Positions 12,155 to 25,572 of a stretch of 64,000 bases of DNA are shown piece by piece (the stretch's first letter is position 1; each line of letters begins with the position of its first letter). The notes beneath the pieces were generated by a model, which worked only from the letters and a program-made list of their open reading frames with translations, had not been told where the DNA came from and ran no database searches. The position numbers and the translations under genes are program-made. This DNA is from Callorhinchus milii. Taxonomy: Eukaryota. The DNA lies in NCBI RefSeq assembly GCF_018977255.1, contig NW_024704742.1, positions 53,136,001 through 53,200,000 of the forward strand, read 5' to 3'.

Positions 12155-13122
12155 AAGACATGGGGTAAATTTCCACATGTATGCGGATGACACCCAACTC
12201 TACTTCTATGCCTCTACCCTGAACTCCAGGGCTACTGAGGTCCTGACCGACTGCCTGTCCGACATCAAATCCTGGACGAGGGCCAACTTTCTCCAACTCA
12301 ACGTCAGCAAGACAGAGGCCCTCCTGATTGGCTCGCGCCAGCGCCCCCACACCTCGGGCGCTGGCAGCATCAGCCTCCATGGCTGCACACTCAACCTCAC
12401 TAAACCAGTCAGGAACCTGAGTGTCTTGTTTGACCCTGAACTGTCCTTTCTCCCCCACATCCGTGCCATGACCTACCACCACCTCCGCAACATTGCCAGA
12501 CTCCGCCACTGCCTCACCCCTCAGGCTGCCGAAACCCTCACCCACGCATTCGTCACATCAAGGCTCAATTATGGAAACTGCCTCCTCATCGGCCTTCCCA
12601 ACTCTCCCTTCACAAGCTCCAGTTTATCCAAAACTCTGCAGCTCATGTACTCTGTCACACCAGGCTCTGTGACCCCATCACTCCCACCCTCGCCCGACTC
12701 CACTGGCTCCCCATCCCCCAGAGGATCGAGTTCAAGATCCTTGTCCTCACCTTTAAGGCCATCCATGGCCTTGCCCCTTCCTACCTCTCTGACCTGCTGA
12801 CTCCCTACCAACCTGCCCGCTCCCTCCGTTCAGCGGGCTCCTCCCTGCTCCATGTCTTCCGCCCGATCCGCCCTACCATTGGTGGCCGGGCTTTCAGCCT
12901 CTCTGCTCCCACAATCTGGAACTCCATCCCACAGTCCCTTCGCCTCGCTTCCTCCCTTGCCTCCTTCAAGGCCGGTGTCAAGACCCTCCCACCTCTTTGC
13001 CTTCCTTCACCCTTACCCCACCCCTCCCCCATGCTCGGACCCCGACATCTGACTGTTCAGTGCTTTGGGACGTCCTCCTGACGTGAAAGACGCTCTATAA
13101 ATGTTATTTTGTTGTTGTTGTT
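12155..13122 (+). mobile_element. 5'-truncated L2-clade LINE (RT C-terminus + 3'UTR)
   Basis: MYADDTQLY...NFLQLNVSKTEALLIG...LRNIARLR...[12 protein letters not shown]; ends in stem-loop + (TTG)n; frameshifted. Confidence 0.9.
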
Positions 13123-13936
13123 ATCAATGTGATTTTCTCAAGCTACTGACAGCTTTGAAAGCTATTTTTATTCAGTTTATTAAAAATCATTACAAGCATC
13201 AACAAAATGTTTTTATTATTAGATTTTTTACTGTATTTATATTCATTCTGTTTGACTTTCCTCCTCCAATGGGTCAGAGAAATCAGCCAAGGGAATATGT
13301 TAATTGAAGGAAAGCAAAAAGTGCTGGCAATGCACAACATGCAAATCACCATCCACAAGAGGAAAACAGCTTAATGTTTAGAGTGTCTTCCTTCATCAGA
13401 ACTGTTCCAGCTCTGTGGTATGCAAAGAAAGGAATGATGGACCTAAATTCAACTGTGAATATTTAACACCGTAAAATGTAAGTTTCGTTTCGGTGTCAAA
13501 ATAAAACAGAGCAATTTGTGCTATTAAGGTAGATTTTTGCTTAACTAGTTTCCTTTACCCATCCCCCTGCTCTCCTAAAGGCACTGACTCGTGCTGAGAC
13601 ACAGTTCCATGTGTGTGCTTTAAAACAGCGGAAGTGACTGTTCTTTATGTGCAAGTCTGGACAGTGAGTGTATGTGGGTTATTTTGTTTATCTGTCAGGA
13701 ACAGCAAAGTCCAGCCTCACTGCGTTCACACAACATTTGTAACTTGGCTAATTTTTCCCTGCCTGAACCCTCCTGCTGCAATAACTGAGATCATTTAACT
13801 GAGCACCGAAAAGGGAACGTACTAGTTTGTAACATTCAGCACACGCTATTTCAACTGAATGCTCAGGAAGCTGGAGATTCACTTAATTCCAAACATGGGG
13901 CAGCATGTGATAGGTTTTGAAAGTACTTTGAATTTG

Positions 13937-15237
13937 AAAGTGACAAATGACATTCTGTCCATCTGTGACCAGGGCTCCCTCTGCCTCCTCGTCCTCCTTG
14001 ACCTCTCTGCTGCCTTTGACACCATCGACCACTCTATCTTCATCCACCACCTCTTCTCTCACCTCAACTTTTACGGCTCTGTCCTTGACTGGTTCAGATC
14101 GTACCTCTCACACCACCTCCACTTCATCCCCTCAAACGGTTTCTCCTCTAACCCCAGACCATCTCGTGCGGCGTTCCTCAGGGCTCTGTTCTTGGTCCCC
14201 TCCTCTTCAATATCTATATGCCCCCTCTTGGTGACATCAACCACAGACATGGGGGTCAACTTCCACATGTATGCTGATGATACTCAACTGTACCTCTCTG
14301 CCTCTACCCTTGACTCCAGGACCACTGCTGTCCTGACAGAATGTCTGTCAGACATCAAGTCCTGGATGAGAGCTAACTTTTTACAGTTGAACATCAACAA
14401 GACCGAGGCCCTCCTGGTTGGCTCCCGTCAGCACCTCCTCACCTCAGGCGCTGACAGCATCACCATCCATGGTTGCAAACTCCACCTCACTAAGCCAGTC
14501 CAGAACCTTGGTGTTTTGTTTGACCCTCAACTATCCTTTCTACCCCACATATGTGACATAACCCACTCTGCCTTCCCCCACCTCCGCAATATTGCCCGGC
14601 TCCGCCACTGTCTCACACCGCAGGCTGCCGAAACCCTCACACACGCCTTCATTACATCGAGTCTCGACTATGCAAATTGTTTGCTTGTCGGCCTCTCCAA
14701 CTTCTCCCTCCATTGGTTGCAGATCATCCAGAAGCTGTGTCCTCACCCACACCAGGCTCTGTGACCCTATCACCCCCATCCTCGTCTGACTCCACTGGCT
14801 TCCTATCACTCAGAGGATACAGTTCAAGATCCTGGTCCTCACCTTCAAAGCCCTCCATGATCTTGGTCCCCACTACCTCTGTGACTTGCTAACCCCCTAC
14901 AATCCTGCTCGCTCCCTCTGCTCAGTGGGCTCCATCCCGCTTCATGTCCCCCGCCTCGCTCGCCCCACTATTGGCAAGCAGGCCTTCTGCCACTCTGTCC
15001 CCACCCTCTGGAACTCCATCCCTCAGTCCTTCTGTCTCGTCCCCGCCCTTGCCTCCTTCAAGACCCATCTCAGACCCTGCTCTTTGACCGTGCTTTCGAT
15101 CTCCCTGCTTCCCCCCCCCCCACCGCCCTCCACTCTCCTCCATCCCTACCCCCAGCTTAGTTCCGAAACTCTAACTGTCCAGAGCCTTGGAATGTCCTCC
15201 CGACATGCAATATACAAATGTAATGTTGTTGTTGTTG
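13937..15237 (+). mobile_element. 5'-truncated L2-clade LINE
   Basis: KVTNDIL...[15 protein letters not shown]...MYADDTQLY...; (TTG)n tail; frameshifts. Confidence 0.9.
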
Positions 15238-15517
15238 CTCCAAACTGTTTAAGAGCTGTTTAGCTAAAATGTGATCTGGCATGATCTAATAAGGCTTGAT
15301 GGACCGAATGGCCTACTCCTGGTCCCATAAAACATCAGGGGAATATTATTATAAATAGTCAGTGTTATCAAATTAGGAATATGACTGAAATAAATGGGTA
15401 AGCACCAATGTGACTGGAGTCAAGCCCAGGAGACAAGACTCTTTTACAGTTAAAAAATATTGTAAAAGAGCTCCAGGAAAATTACCGATTAACTCCAATA
15501 TGGCTTTTCACTGCAGG

Positions 15518-15671
15518 ATGGAGCTGGAAGCCATTCAGCTGGAAAGAGCACACGTCCACAACGTGTACGAGCAAACAGCACCGTACTTCACGGAGCTGCG
15601 GAGCAAAGCTTGGCCTCGTGTCCGTCAGTTTCTTTTGGACCAAGGACCAGGCAGTCTCATTGCTGACATCG
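15518..15671 (+). CDS. TRMT9B: TRMT9B coding exon 1 (154 nt coding)
   Basis: Acceptor ctgcag|G ATG at 15516/15517; donor ATCG|gtaag; [18 protein letters not shown]...IADI. Confidence 0.93.
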
Positions 15672-18600
15672 GTAAGGGACTGTAACCTTCATCCTCTCTC
15701 TCTGCCTGATGTGTTCCTCCTACTGTTAAGAGCAGTGATTTTGATGAAATAATAAATAATAATCCTTGCATTTCATCTCAACTTCTCAACATCTCAAAAC
15801 GCTTCACAGAATAGACTGTAAAGTGAATTGACCGTATATTTGTGGGTGAAACACGGCAGCCAATTGTGCACAGCAGTGTCCCATATATGCCTGTAATGAG
15901 AATATCACACTTATAATTGCACATCATCAAGCTCACTGCACTGAACGGCAAGAGGAATTTCATCCCCTTAATGTCCACTGTTGAACTATTTAATGGCCAT
16001 TTTGCTAAATATGTTGCTTTGTTATTATTTTATTTCGATCCCCAATCAGCCCAATGCCGGGCGGGCCTTCTGCCACTTAGGGTTAACCCTAACCCACCCT
16101 CTGGAATTCCAACTCACAGTCCCTCCATCCCGTCCCCTCCCTTGTCTCTTTCAAGAACTATCTCAAGACCCTCCTTTTCGACCGTGCTCTCGATCACCCT
16201 GCTTCCCCCACTGCCCTCCACCCTCCCTGATCCCGACCCCCAGCGCGGGTCCAATACTCTGTCTGTCCAGTGCCTTGGGACATCTTCTGACGTGAAAGGC
16301 GCTTTACAAATGTAATGTTGTTGATGTTATTAAAAAATATTTTTCATTCCACTGGTTACTTGTTAGTGACTGAAAATTTCCATCCCCTGAGACTGAAGAT
16401 GTTCATTAGCACATCACTGAGTAAAATTACTATTGCAATTAGCACATTAGACTGGGGAGGAGGGGGAGGGGGTCCCCCCCCCACACACACATACACCCTC
16501 TTCTATAATTGACCCCACAATTTATTGGCAATTGGATTATGACTTTTAACTAACTCAAAAATTCAGTATTAAATCTATACAACACCTTAATTCTTGAGCC
16601 AGCTGTGCCATGGTTTTCTTATTTTCATGGCAACACCATTGATGTAGGGGTGGGGGTGGGATTATGTATCACACTCTTCATCTGGGCAAAAGTATCTGCA
16701 GCTTTGAGATATCTTTAACAAGCCTTCAACCTCATGATAAATTAATTATATCTTAACCAGTACCCATAAAACACAAATATAGAAACCAGAAGTAAACACT
16801 CCAAGGCACTCCCTGACCTGAAGGGCGCTATACAAATAGAAGTTATTGTTGTGGTTGGTACAAATAAAAATTGTTCCATTCAGCACATGAGAGAAGCTGT
16901 GACAGACAATTGTGTTTCCACCTTTCCTTAAATTGACCAGGCATGGAGCGCCTTTGATGGCTCTGTTGGTTTGTTCACTGCTCCAGTGAGGAACTGTGCT
17001 ACCTGATAATAATAGGTTTTAGGTTCTTGCCTCCATTCCGTGCTGAGTTATGTTGATCAGCATTATGGCTGTGATGTGTGACTGGTGGGGCGGGGGATAG
17101 GATGGAATCAGGCAGTAAGCTCGCTTCTGACGTCTATCTGGTAACCTTTATGGGAAAGTGAGTGTGTAGAGGAATACTGTACATATTTAAATAGGAAATA
17201 GAAACTCCAGTATTTCCTTTTGTTGAATAATATCAGATTTAGAACTGCTACCAAGTATCAATGTAGAGAGCAGCAGGGTTAAAATGCAATATTTCATAAC
17301 AGATTGAAACACGTCTCATCAAATCTGTTGTGAAACATTGCATTTTTCACTCCAATGTTTTGGTATTAACTTGCAGTGATTTCCTACTGCAGGCTGTGGG
17401 ATTGGAAAATATCTAACTGTGAACACCCAAGCCTACACACTGGGCAGTGATTACTGCAGCACCTTGTTAGAGATTGCCAAGAGACACGGACATGAAGTCA
17501 TGGTGTGCGACAACTTAATGCTTCCCTTCAGGGATCAGTGCTTTAATGCTGTCGTCTCCATTGGAGGTAAGCGATCAAAGAAATGATCAAACATTGGCAG
17601 ACAGGGCCATGAATTGCAAGACTTCTGTAGAGAGTTGTTCCCTAGTGTTGAGCATTGGGTCCATCGCAGAAGTGCAATTCACAAAGGGTTACATTTGACC
17701 ATTTAATAATAATCCTTCAAGAAAAAAACAATAAAATTGGTCACTTCAATCCATGACTGTTTGTGGGACACTGCTTTGCCCACAAATATACAGTCAATTC
17801 ACTTTACAGTATATTCTGTGAAGTGCTTTGACATGTCTAGAAGACATGAAAAGCGCTATATGAAATGCAAGGATTATTATTATTAAATAAAAATTTGCTA
17901 CAGATTCACAGTCACTCCACTTTACAGTAAATCCGGTGAATTGCTTTGGAATGTCCACCCAACGTGAAATGCGTTATGGCGTTATGGTAAATACTGTACA
18001 AAGATTATTATTATTATAAAACTGTTGAGATTCAATTGCATACTGCACTGTCTTCCGTAGTGAGTAGATCAGTCCAGTGAACTAACCCAACAGAAGCTCT
18101 GATGATCTCAGCAAATGGGATTTACAAGCACAGTGAGAGAATTGCCTTTTGCCATCAATCAGTCTGGCATTCATTCAGTGAGAATCTATGGAATCTCACC
18201 TCAGGCGCTGACAGCATCAACCTGTATGGATACTCACTCCACCTCACGAAGCCTGTACAAACATCAGTGTCTCATTTGAACCCAACTGTCTTTCAAACCC
18301 CTCATCTAAATTCTTGCCCACTCAGCTTTCCCTCACCTTCGTAACATTGCATGACTTCATCAAGGCCCTCATTCACGCTTTTATCACATCCAGGCTTGAC
18401 TACACTTATGCTTTGCTCACTGGACTCCCCTGCTCTTTCTCGCACCAGGCTCTATAGGCTTATCACCCCCATCCTTACTGGTCTCTACTGGATTTCCATC
18501 TCCTAATGGATCGAGTTCAGGATCCTCATCCTTATCTTTAAATCCCTCCATAGTCTCTGCCATCATACCTCTGTGATCCCCTCAACTCTGCCATTTTGCT

Positions 18601-20341
18601 CAACAAACACTGGCCATATATCCCCAGCTATATCTGCCCTACCATCAGCAGGCAGGCTTTCAGTCATTCTGACCCTGCTCTCTGTAACTTCATCCCAGAG
18701 TCCCTCCAGCTCGTTCCTTCTCATTGCTTTAAGGCACATCTTAAAATGCATCTCTTTGACAGCAGTTTGGGTATTTTTTCCCCTCCCCTCCCTTCTCAGC
18801 TTTCAAAACCAACTATCAGTCTCAAGCGCATCATGAAAAATGCTCTGTAAATCTAAATTGTATATTATTGTACGAAACGACAATCTTAAAATCCTGCTAG
18901 ATTTGAACACATTTTAAAAGAACTGTGGAAAACTGACTTCCAAATTAAGAAAAAAAACACATTTTTCCCAACTTCTGCACAATCTCAAATTCTAAGACAT
19001 TGTTCTAAAAGCTGAGACCATGAGAAATGTCAGAATTCTGGTGTCGATTGTTCAGTGCTATTGACTGCACAGTTTATCCTCTGGGTTATCGGGTGAACTC
19101 AAAACATCTTTACGACTGTCATGTCCTAGTAGAGCAGAAGAACTATGAACAGTAAGTACACTGTATAAGCTTTTCTCCATCTTTAAATGCATGAGTTTGT
19201 GGCTTGCACGCCACAAATTCCCAAAGACAATCCTACTTAAGCATCTGTAAATCTTTTTCTCTAAGTAAAGGTCACAAACTGGCCATGAAATATCTTCTTT
19301 CTTATTGCAGTGATTCACCATTTCTCAACCAAAGAAAGACGTATCAGAGCAATAAGTGAAATGGCCAGAACACTGCGACCTGGTGGACAAATTATGATTT
19401 ATGTGTGGGCAATGGAACAAAAGCAACGGCGCTTTGAGAAGCAGGACATATTTGTGCCATGGAATAAATCCTTGTGCTCTAGACCCCCGTCAGAATCTGG
19501 CCAAAGCAACAGCAACAACAAAAGCGTCATTGGAAGCACAGTCAAAGCACAAGAGCTGAAGAGAGCAGCTCAGAGTGAGAGCAGCGCAGTGTGGGCTCCC
19601 AGCCAGGATGGCTCATACACTACAGACAATTACGACCCATTTGGGAGCTGCTGCCTCCAAATGTCCCACCAGCAGGAACATCGATTTTACAAACATCTAG
19701 GACGGTCACTCCGTTCCTGGTTCTTCTCCAAATCTCTGGATGAGGCTACAATGAGGTCCCATATCGAGCAGCTCAAGTCCAGGAGGAACCTGCCAGATCC
19801 AATACACACATGGACAACCCACCCAGTGTCCATGCAGCCCCAAGGCAACTTGCGGATATCATCCCTTCATTGCAGTCTGGAGACAGTCTGCCCCCAGCTG
19901 TTGAAGGGACACAGCTTTGAAGACGACGAAGTCTTTGTTGAAAATTTAAAGCACGATGGAGCAGAGTGGCCAGAGCACAGTCACCAGAGAAGTCACCGGG
20001 TTGAGAGTTACACAAATGGTGGGCTAGATACTTCTCAGGGTCATTGTGTAGAAGGCAGACAGATACTTCAGAAGGACAAGGAAACAGAAAGTTCCCAGGG
20101 TGGTGAAGCTCAGCTTCTCAAAAGGACTTTGCCATCAGACACAATAGCCAACTGTGGAGCTGTGGCCTTGGAGGATAAGCAGGTAGAAAATGCAGACGAC
20201 ACAGATTTTATGAGGTATTATCATGTTTTCAGGGAAGGAGAGTTGTCTCAGCTAATTGAGGAGAATGTATCTGAACTTCACATTCTCAGCTCCTGCTATG
20301 ATCACGGCAATTGGTGTGTTATAGCAGAAAAAGAGTCATAA
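15518..20341 (+). CDS. TRMT9B: Probable tRNA methyltransferase 9B (KIAA1456), join(15518..15671,17393..17566,19311..20341), ~452 aa
   Basis: Spliced frame [24 protein letters not shown]...WPRVRQFL...[13 protein letters not shown] (SAM motif I across the intron)...[20 protein letters not shown]...YVWAMEQ...[10 protein letters not shown]...[18 protein letters not shown] introns; 154+174+1031 nt keeps frame. Adjacent to DLC1, as in human 8p22. Confidence 0.95.
16040..16330 (+). mobile_element. L2 3' fragment
   Basis: Similar to 12880-13120; ends ...gacgtgaaaggcgctttacaaatgtaatgttgttg. Confidence 0.8.
17393..17566 (+). CDS. TRMT9B: TRMT9B coding exon 2 (174 nt)
   Basis: ctgcag|GCTGTGGG...ATTGGAG|gtaag; [11 protein letters not shown]...DYC...[20 protein letters not shown]; not in the ORF track, read by hand. 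Confidence 0.93.
18195..18870 (+). mobile_element. Decayed L2 fragment
   Basis: ctcacctcaggcgctgacagcatc shared with the 14440 copy; degenerate 3' region. Confidence 0.75.
19311..20341 (+). CDS. TRMT9B: TRMT9B terminal coding exon
   Basis: ttgcag|TGATTCAC; ORF 19310..20341 carries IHHFST, YVWAMEQ, YYHVF and GNWC Trm9-family motifs; TAA at 20339-20341. Confidence 0.95.
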
Positions 20342-20569
20342 AATGCAGAGGTTATTAACTGAAGTGCGCATTTCATATGGAAGTAATGGGAGCAGCCCCT
20401 CAAACCGTTACATTTTACCTGCACATTAAAACAAAACAATTTGCAATCGCAATTGTTGTGCCAATGTTAAGCACAATATCGAATGCCGAAGTGCTCAAAT
20501 CTGTGTTATTCAGCAATGGAAAGCAGAGGTTATGCGATGAATATTTTGGAGACAATTGCAATCATTTAC

Positions 20570-20815
20570 ATAAGAACATAAGAAATGCTAGATGAAAAAA
20601 TGACCAAGGTCCATCGAGTTTGCCTTCCACTTTCCTGGTGGTCGAATGCACATATGTCCCAAACTACCTACGTACTATATCCCATAATGTTATTTCCTAA
20701 AAGAAAACTATCTAATCTGTGTTTGAAAGAAGAAACATTTCCTGCTTCAACCGTCTCCCGAGGGAGCCTGCTCCACAGGTTCACTATTTGCTCACAGAAA
20801 TAGTGTTTCCGTGAG
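20570..20815 (-). mobile_element. CR1-like LINE 3' fragment in the TRMT9B 3' region
   Basis: (acataaga)2 terminal repeat, ggtccatcgagtttgcc, then reverse complement of ...FSVSK..NLW.. type RT tail. Confidence 0.6.
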
Positions 20816-22394
20816 CGAATAGAATTTCAAGGATGGTTTCTCTTAGATGGCAGATAAAGTGGCCATTTCCTTCCTGGTTGGAGGGTTATATTTAGGAGCG
20901 AAACATCAAAAGAATTGGCAGCTTCCCATCCCTCCCATCACCACTGTACCACTGAAGCTACTCCCGGAGATGGGTGAAGGTTCCCTGAATGATTTTTTTA
21001 ATCTTGTCCACTACATGGAGAAACCCACCCTCCACTTGAAATTTCTCAGCACTATCTCTCAATAGCACTTCAGCTGCCAGAGTGGAATCAAAAATCCACA
21101 CGCTGGTAATTTGAGGAATTGCACCTCATTAACTGCTCCAGTATAATTTTTTATTTAAAATAAGTGGCAGTACAGAAGTATTTTAGCTTCTAAGTTATTA
21201 TGTTTGGCCCATGTTAATTTTTTTTATTACATTTTCTTTGCCAGTGATTTCAGAGTTACAGGACTACAGAGTAACTGCTTAGGCATTTTGCTTCTTAATA
21301 TTCTTAGTATTTCCCTTTTACTTCAACATACATATTTTTTTCAAAAAATCGCTTAATGACATCAGGTCTACTAGAGAGAGTTTTGTCAGATTTGGTAAGT
21401 TTGATTAGTGACTATCAACCGTGTTGTTATTGTTCTGTGATATTTTGCGGCAGGCAGGAGTTAATGTTCCCAGAAAAAGCTTTGTATTGGAGTGCAACTA
21501 ATTATGCTGCTATGATTCACGTTATACATTTCATTTGTTAATCTCCACACTCAGTGATAATGGATGGGAAATAAATGCCAGTGCGGGTAGCATTTGCAGC
21601 CTTTGATGGCATATGAAATGTCACAAACACTTATCTCATGATTCTTGACAGATTTAGCAACACATTCGATAACACACCTAACATCTGTTAAGAAACATTG
21701 TGTTTTCACGTCATTGTTTCAAACTGCGAATAACAATGGAATTTTTTTTATGTTGATGCAAAGTTTTTTTTTACATATGTCATTTTAACGTACATTTTCG
21801 CACGTGATTTTAATTAAAATTCATATTTGACCTCTACATTTATGAAATATATATATTTCAGAAGACAAATGGCAAATAGTTTATATTCAGGCATTCAGTC
21901 CCATGGGTTTAACAAGTCTGTGAGATGCCAACAGGTTCAATCAAGCACAGTGGGAAAGATACTCTTTACATAGCAAAAAGAGTAGCTTAGAAAGCTATGT
22001 TCTGAACACTTTTCTCATCTTGTTATCATCGCATATCTATTCTTAGGATGTTGTGATGAAATGTTTTATGCTCTGTTTTTCCTCTTTAATATGGTGTGTA
22101 ACATACAGTCAATGCAGTAAAATTCACAGTTGAATAATAGTGAATATAAATTATATTTAATGCTTAAAAGTTCCAAATTGTACTTTGAAGAAGTGCTACT
22201 TGCTTCCTTTAAGTGTTGAAACTTGAATCGCTTCAGTGTTTGCCATAAAAGCACAAGATAAATAACCTGACTCTTTTGAAGTCTGTACCTGGCACACTTG
22301 ACACATAAAGGTGAATTTTAAAAAAAATGCAATAAATGTATTAACAAAAGATCCTATCATTTCTCAGGACCCATCGTCTGCAGTGATCTTTATT

Positions 22395-22897
22395 TTAACC
22401 TCCTGTCTTGACTATTCAAAAGGCCCCCTTGCTGGTCTCCCCAGCTCCACTATCCAGTTAATCCAAACCTCCGCCGCCCACATATTCATCCGTACTGAAC
22501 TCCGTACCCCTATCACACCAGTTCTAGCCAGGCTCCACTGGCTCCCTATCACTGAATGGATTGATTTCAAGATCTCCACATTTGTCTTTAAATCCCTTCA
22601 TGCACCTCCGTACCTCTCTGACATGCTCACTCACCAACCCACAACCCGCTTCCTCTGCTCGACTGCATGTCCCTCATGTCCTCCGCTTTACCATCGGTGG
22701 CCGCACCTTCAGCCACTACGCCCTCTGGAATATGCTCCCTCAATCCCTCCGCCTTGCCCCCTCCACCAGGTCACGTTTGAAGACCTTTCTGTTTGACTGT
22801 GCTTGTGGTCACCTCCCCTCTCCCTGGCTCGGTGTCGTGCTACGCCACTGTCAAGCACCTGCACGAGAGGCGCTGAATAAATGCAAATTGTTGTTGT
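22395..22897 (+). mobile_element. L2 3' fragment
   Basis: TSCLDYS...[13 protein letters not shown]...FKI; ends aaatgcaaattgttgttg. Confidence 0.8.
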
Positions 22898-23279
22898 TAA
22901 AAGGTGTTTCCTTAATGCACGTTGTTTAAAAATATGTTCCTGAGTTTTTTTTATATTGTAGGATTGTTAGAAATTGCTGAATATTGGACCGTAATACCAT
23001 TATTGTGAAGATAGTTGTGTAATTATGGAAATTAGATCATACATTTTGTTTGCAAACGGAGAAAATGTAGTCCAAAATGTAGTTCATAGGAACTCAAGGA
23101 TTTACCCTTAATAACCCAATCTGAGATTGAGACAGGATGGAACCTCCTAAACTACTAAACACTAAATTGAAAGCTCCTAACCTGCTCAGTAAGTTGAATG
23201 AATAGCCGGCACTGGAACTCAGATTCGCTGCTATTATTTGGGCTTTTTTTGACCTTTATTGTTTTATGATATGTACAAC

Positions 23280-24077
23280 AACCTTTGGATGAGACGTTAA
23301 ACCAAGGCCCCATCTGCCTGCTCAGATGGGGATATTGGAAAAGAGAAGGGAGTTTTTCTCTCAGTGTTCCGGCCAAAAATCTCCCAAAATAAAATTGGTC
23401 GCTCACTTCATAGTGTTTATGGGATATTACTGTGTGCAAAATTGTCTGCTGTGTTTGCCCACAAAACACGCAGTCACTCTACTTTACAGTAAATCCTATG
23501 AAGCGTTTTGGGATGTCCTCATGATGGAAAGGTGCTATAGCAAATATAAGGGTTATTATTATTACAAAATACTCCAACATAGCTATCCTTAGCAAAATAT
23601 GCTGACTTGTGATGGGGGTGTGTTGCATTTTGAGGATAGATGTTAAACCAAGGTCCTATCTACCTGTTCAAGGGGATTTTTAGATTTTTAAAAACTAAAG
23701 GGCTTAAGGGATATGGGGATAAGGCAGGTAAATGGAATTAGATTAGAAGATCAGCCATGCTCTTATTAAATGGCAGGGCAGACTCGAAGGGTCAAATGGC
23801 CTACTTCTGCTCCTATTTCTTAAGTTCTTATGTAAGGGGACTTGGAGGGATCCCATTCGAAAAGAGAAGGGAGTTTATACTGGTGTCCTGGCTAACAATC
23901 CCTCAGAATTTTTTTTCATTAATGTCAAGGTTGTTTGTGGGACATTGCTGTGTGAAAATTGGCTTTTGTGTTTGCCTGCAAAATACAGTCACTACATTTT
24001 ACGGTAATACCTGTGAAGTGCTTTGAGACATTTCCATGATCTGATAAGGCACAATATCAAATGCAAGGATTATTATA
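23280..24077 (+). mobile_element. Two tandem Deu-type SINEs, the second interrupted by a CR1 3' end (~23690-23833)
   Basis: ggatgagacgttaaaccaaggcccc; CR1 tail gatcagccatg...aatggcctacttctgctcctatttctt. Confidence 0.7.
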
Positions 24078-24794
24078 AATTCTCCACTTTGGGGATTAAC
24101 ACCAAATAATGAAATATGATTGTGCATTTGAGATGCCTACAAAATACACAGTTTTTGTACACACTTTACATTAAATCCTGCGAAGTTTTGAAATGTACTC
24201 CCATGTGAATGGTTTCTGTATGAAGGGCAAAGATTATCAGTTATGAGTATTTCGGGTAGATAAACTAATGGAAGGAAGAAATGATCAAATGAAAGTAGCA
24301 AAATATCTCTCTCTATATATATAAATAGAGCAGTGACCTACCCGTGCCTGTGCTAACAGGTGAGGACAGGACTGAGCGGCCAAATAACTTAACACTCTCT
24401 GTACAGGTCGACGCATGAAGAAAGACCACCTGGATGAGATATTGGAGGACTGTCACTGTTCACTGAGCACATATCACTGTCTCAGCTAATGGTTAACTCT
24501 GTATCTGAACTTTTGACCAATAGGGCAGATTAAAGGGAATGATACATTTCGAGAGACACTATTACAGGCAGCAAAGTCTTATCTTCACGTTAGTCCCTAA
24601 AACTAGTGTCCAGTTGCTATGTACTTATAATAGATTTTCTTGGGTATAAAGCTTTTTGGTGATCAACATAAGATAGAGCTCCCTAGAGTTCTATTCACTG
24701 CTGGCAATCGATGTTGATACTTGGATTTGAAGTACTGTATAATGCAGTTTTTGGATGAAAAGCTCCTCATGTTCCAAAGTGTAGCAACACGGAC

Positions 24795-24965
24795 AATACA
24801 ACAACAGCAACAACAACAACAACATTACATTTATAGAGTGCCTTTCACCTCGGGAGGATGTCCCAAGGCGCTGTACAGTCAGGGGTCAGGACCCGAGCAT
24901 GGGGAGGGGAGGGTTAGGGTTGAGAGAAGGCAGAGAGGTGGGAGGGCGACCGAAGGCACGATCAG
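24795..24965 (-). mobile_element. L2 3' tail
   Basis: (CAA)n followed by the reverse complement of the L2 stem-loop and 3'UTR. Confidence 0.8.
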
Positions 24966-25344
24966 TTATGTACACACAACCCAATCGGGTGGCTTGCCAC
25001 GTGCAGTGATTTGTGGTACTGCTCCTGGTATTCCTCCACTAGACCATCACTCAAACGTGATTAAATGTTTAGTGGAATGGTTTCCCCCAAAGGTTTATTA
25101 GTTCTGGTCCTGTCTAGTTTTACATACTGACCAGCAGAAGGTTCCAGGCTCCATTTCCAATCAGTTCGGAATTAGGCAGGACAACAGATGGCATTGTTAT
25201 TATTGCACCCTTAAGATGATAATAATATTAATAATCCTTGCATTTGATACATTCTATCATGTCTCCATGTGTGCTATTTCTTCACTTGAGCTCTTTGCTC
25301 TAATTCCTTTTGTGTGTTTCTTCCCCATACTCATTTATATTATT

Positions 25345-25572
25345 AAGAGTACATAGGTTTATGGTCCCAAAGGGCAATTTTAGGGTGGATATCGCAAAGT
25401 ATTTCTTTACCCAGAAGATAAATGACGTGGAATGGGGGACCAGGAAAGGTGGTTAAGGCCAGGATGTTGGACTCATTTAAAATGATTTGTGTTGGGACGA
25501 TATTTTGAAAAGATGAGATCAAATGAGCCGAAGGGTCTTCTTCATCTGAATCTGTTGTGATCTTGTGATCTT
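25345..25572 (+). mobile_element. CR1-like LINE 3' fragment
   Basis: aagtatttctttacccag...gtggaatggg (KYFFTQ..VWNG-like) and gagccgaagggtcttcttc tail. Confidence 0.6.

Noticed and set aside
13859..14764. 301-aa reverse-transcriptase ORF as an active or domesticated RT gene
   Set aside because: 5'-truncated, internally frameshifted L2 copy with no endonuclease; sibling copies have decayed YADD motifs (CADD, FADA)
15410..15517. N-terminal extension of the TRMT9B ORF
   Set aside because: Lies upstream of a good splice acceptor (ttttcactgcag); most likely intron read-through
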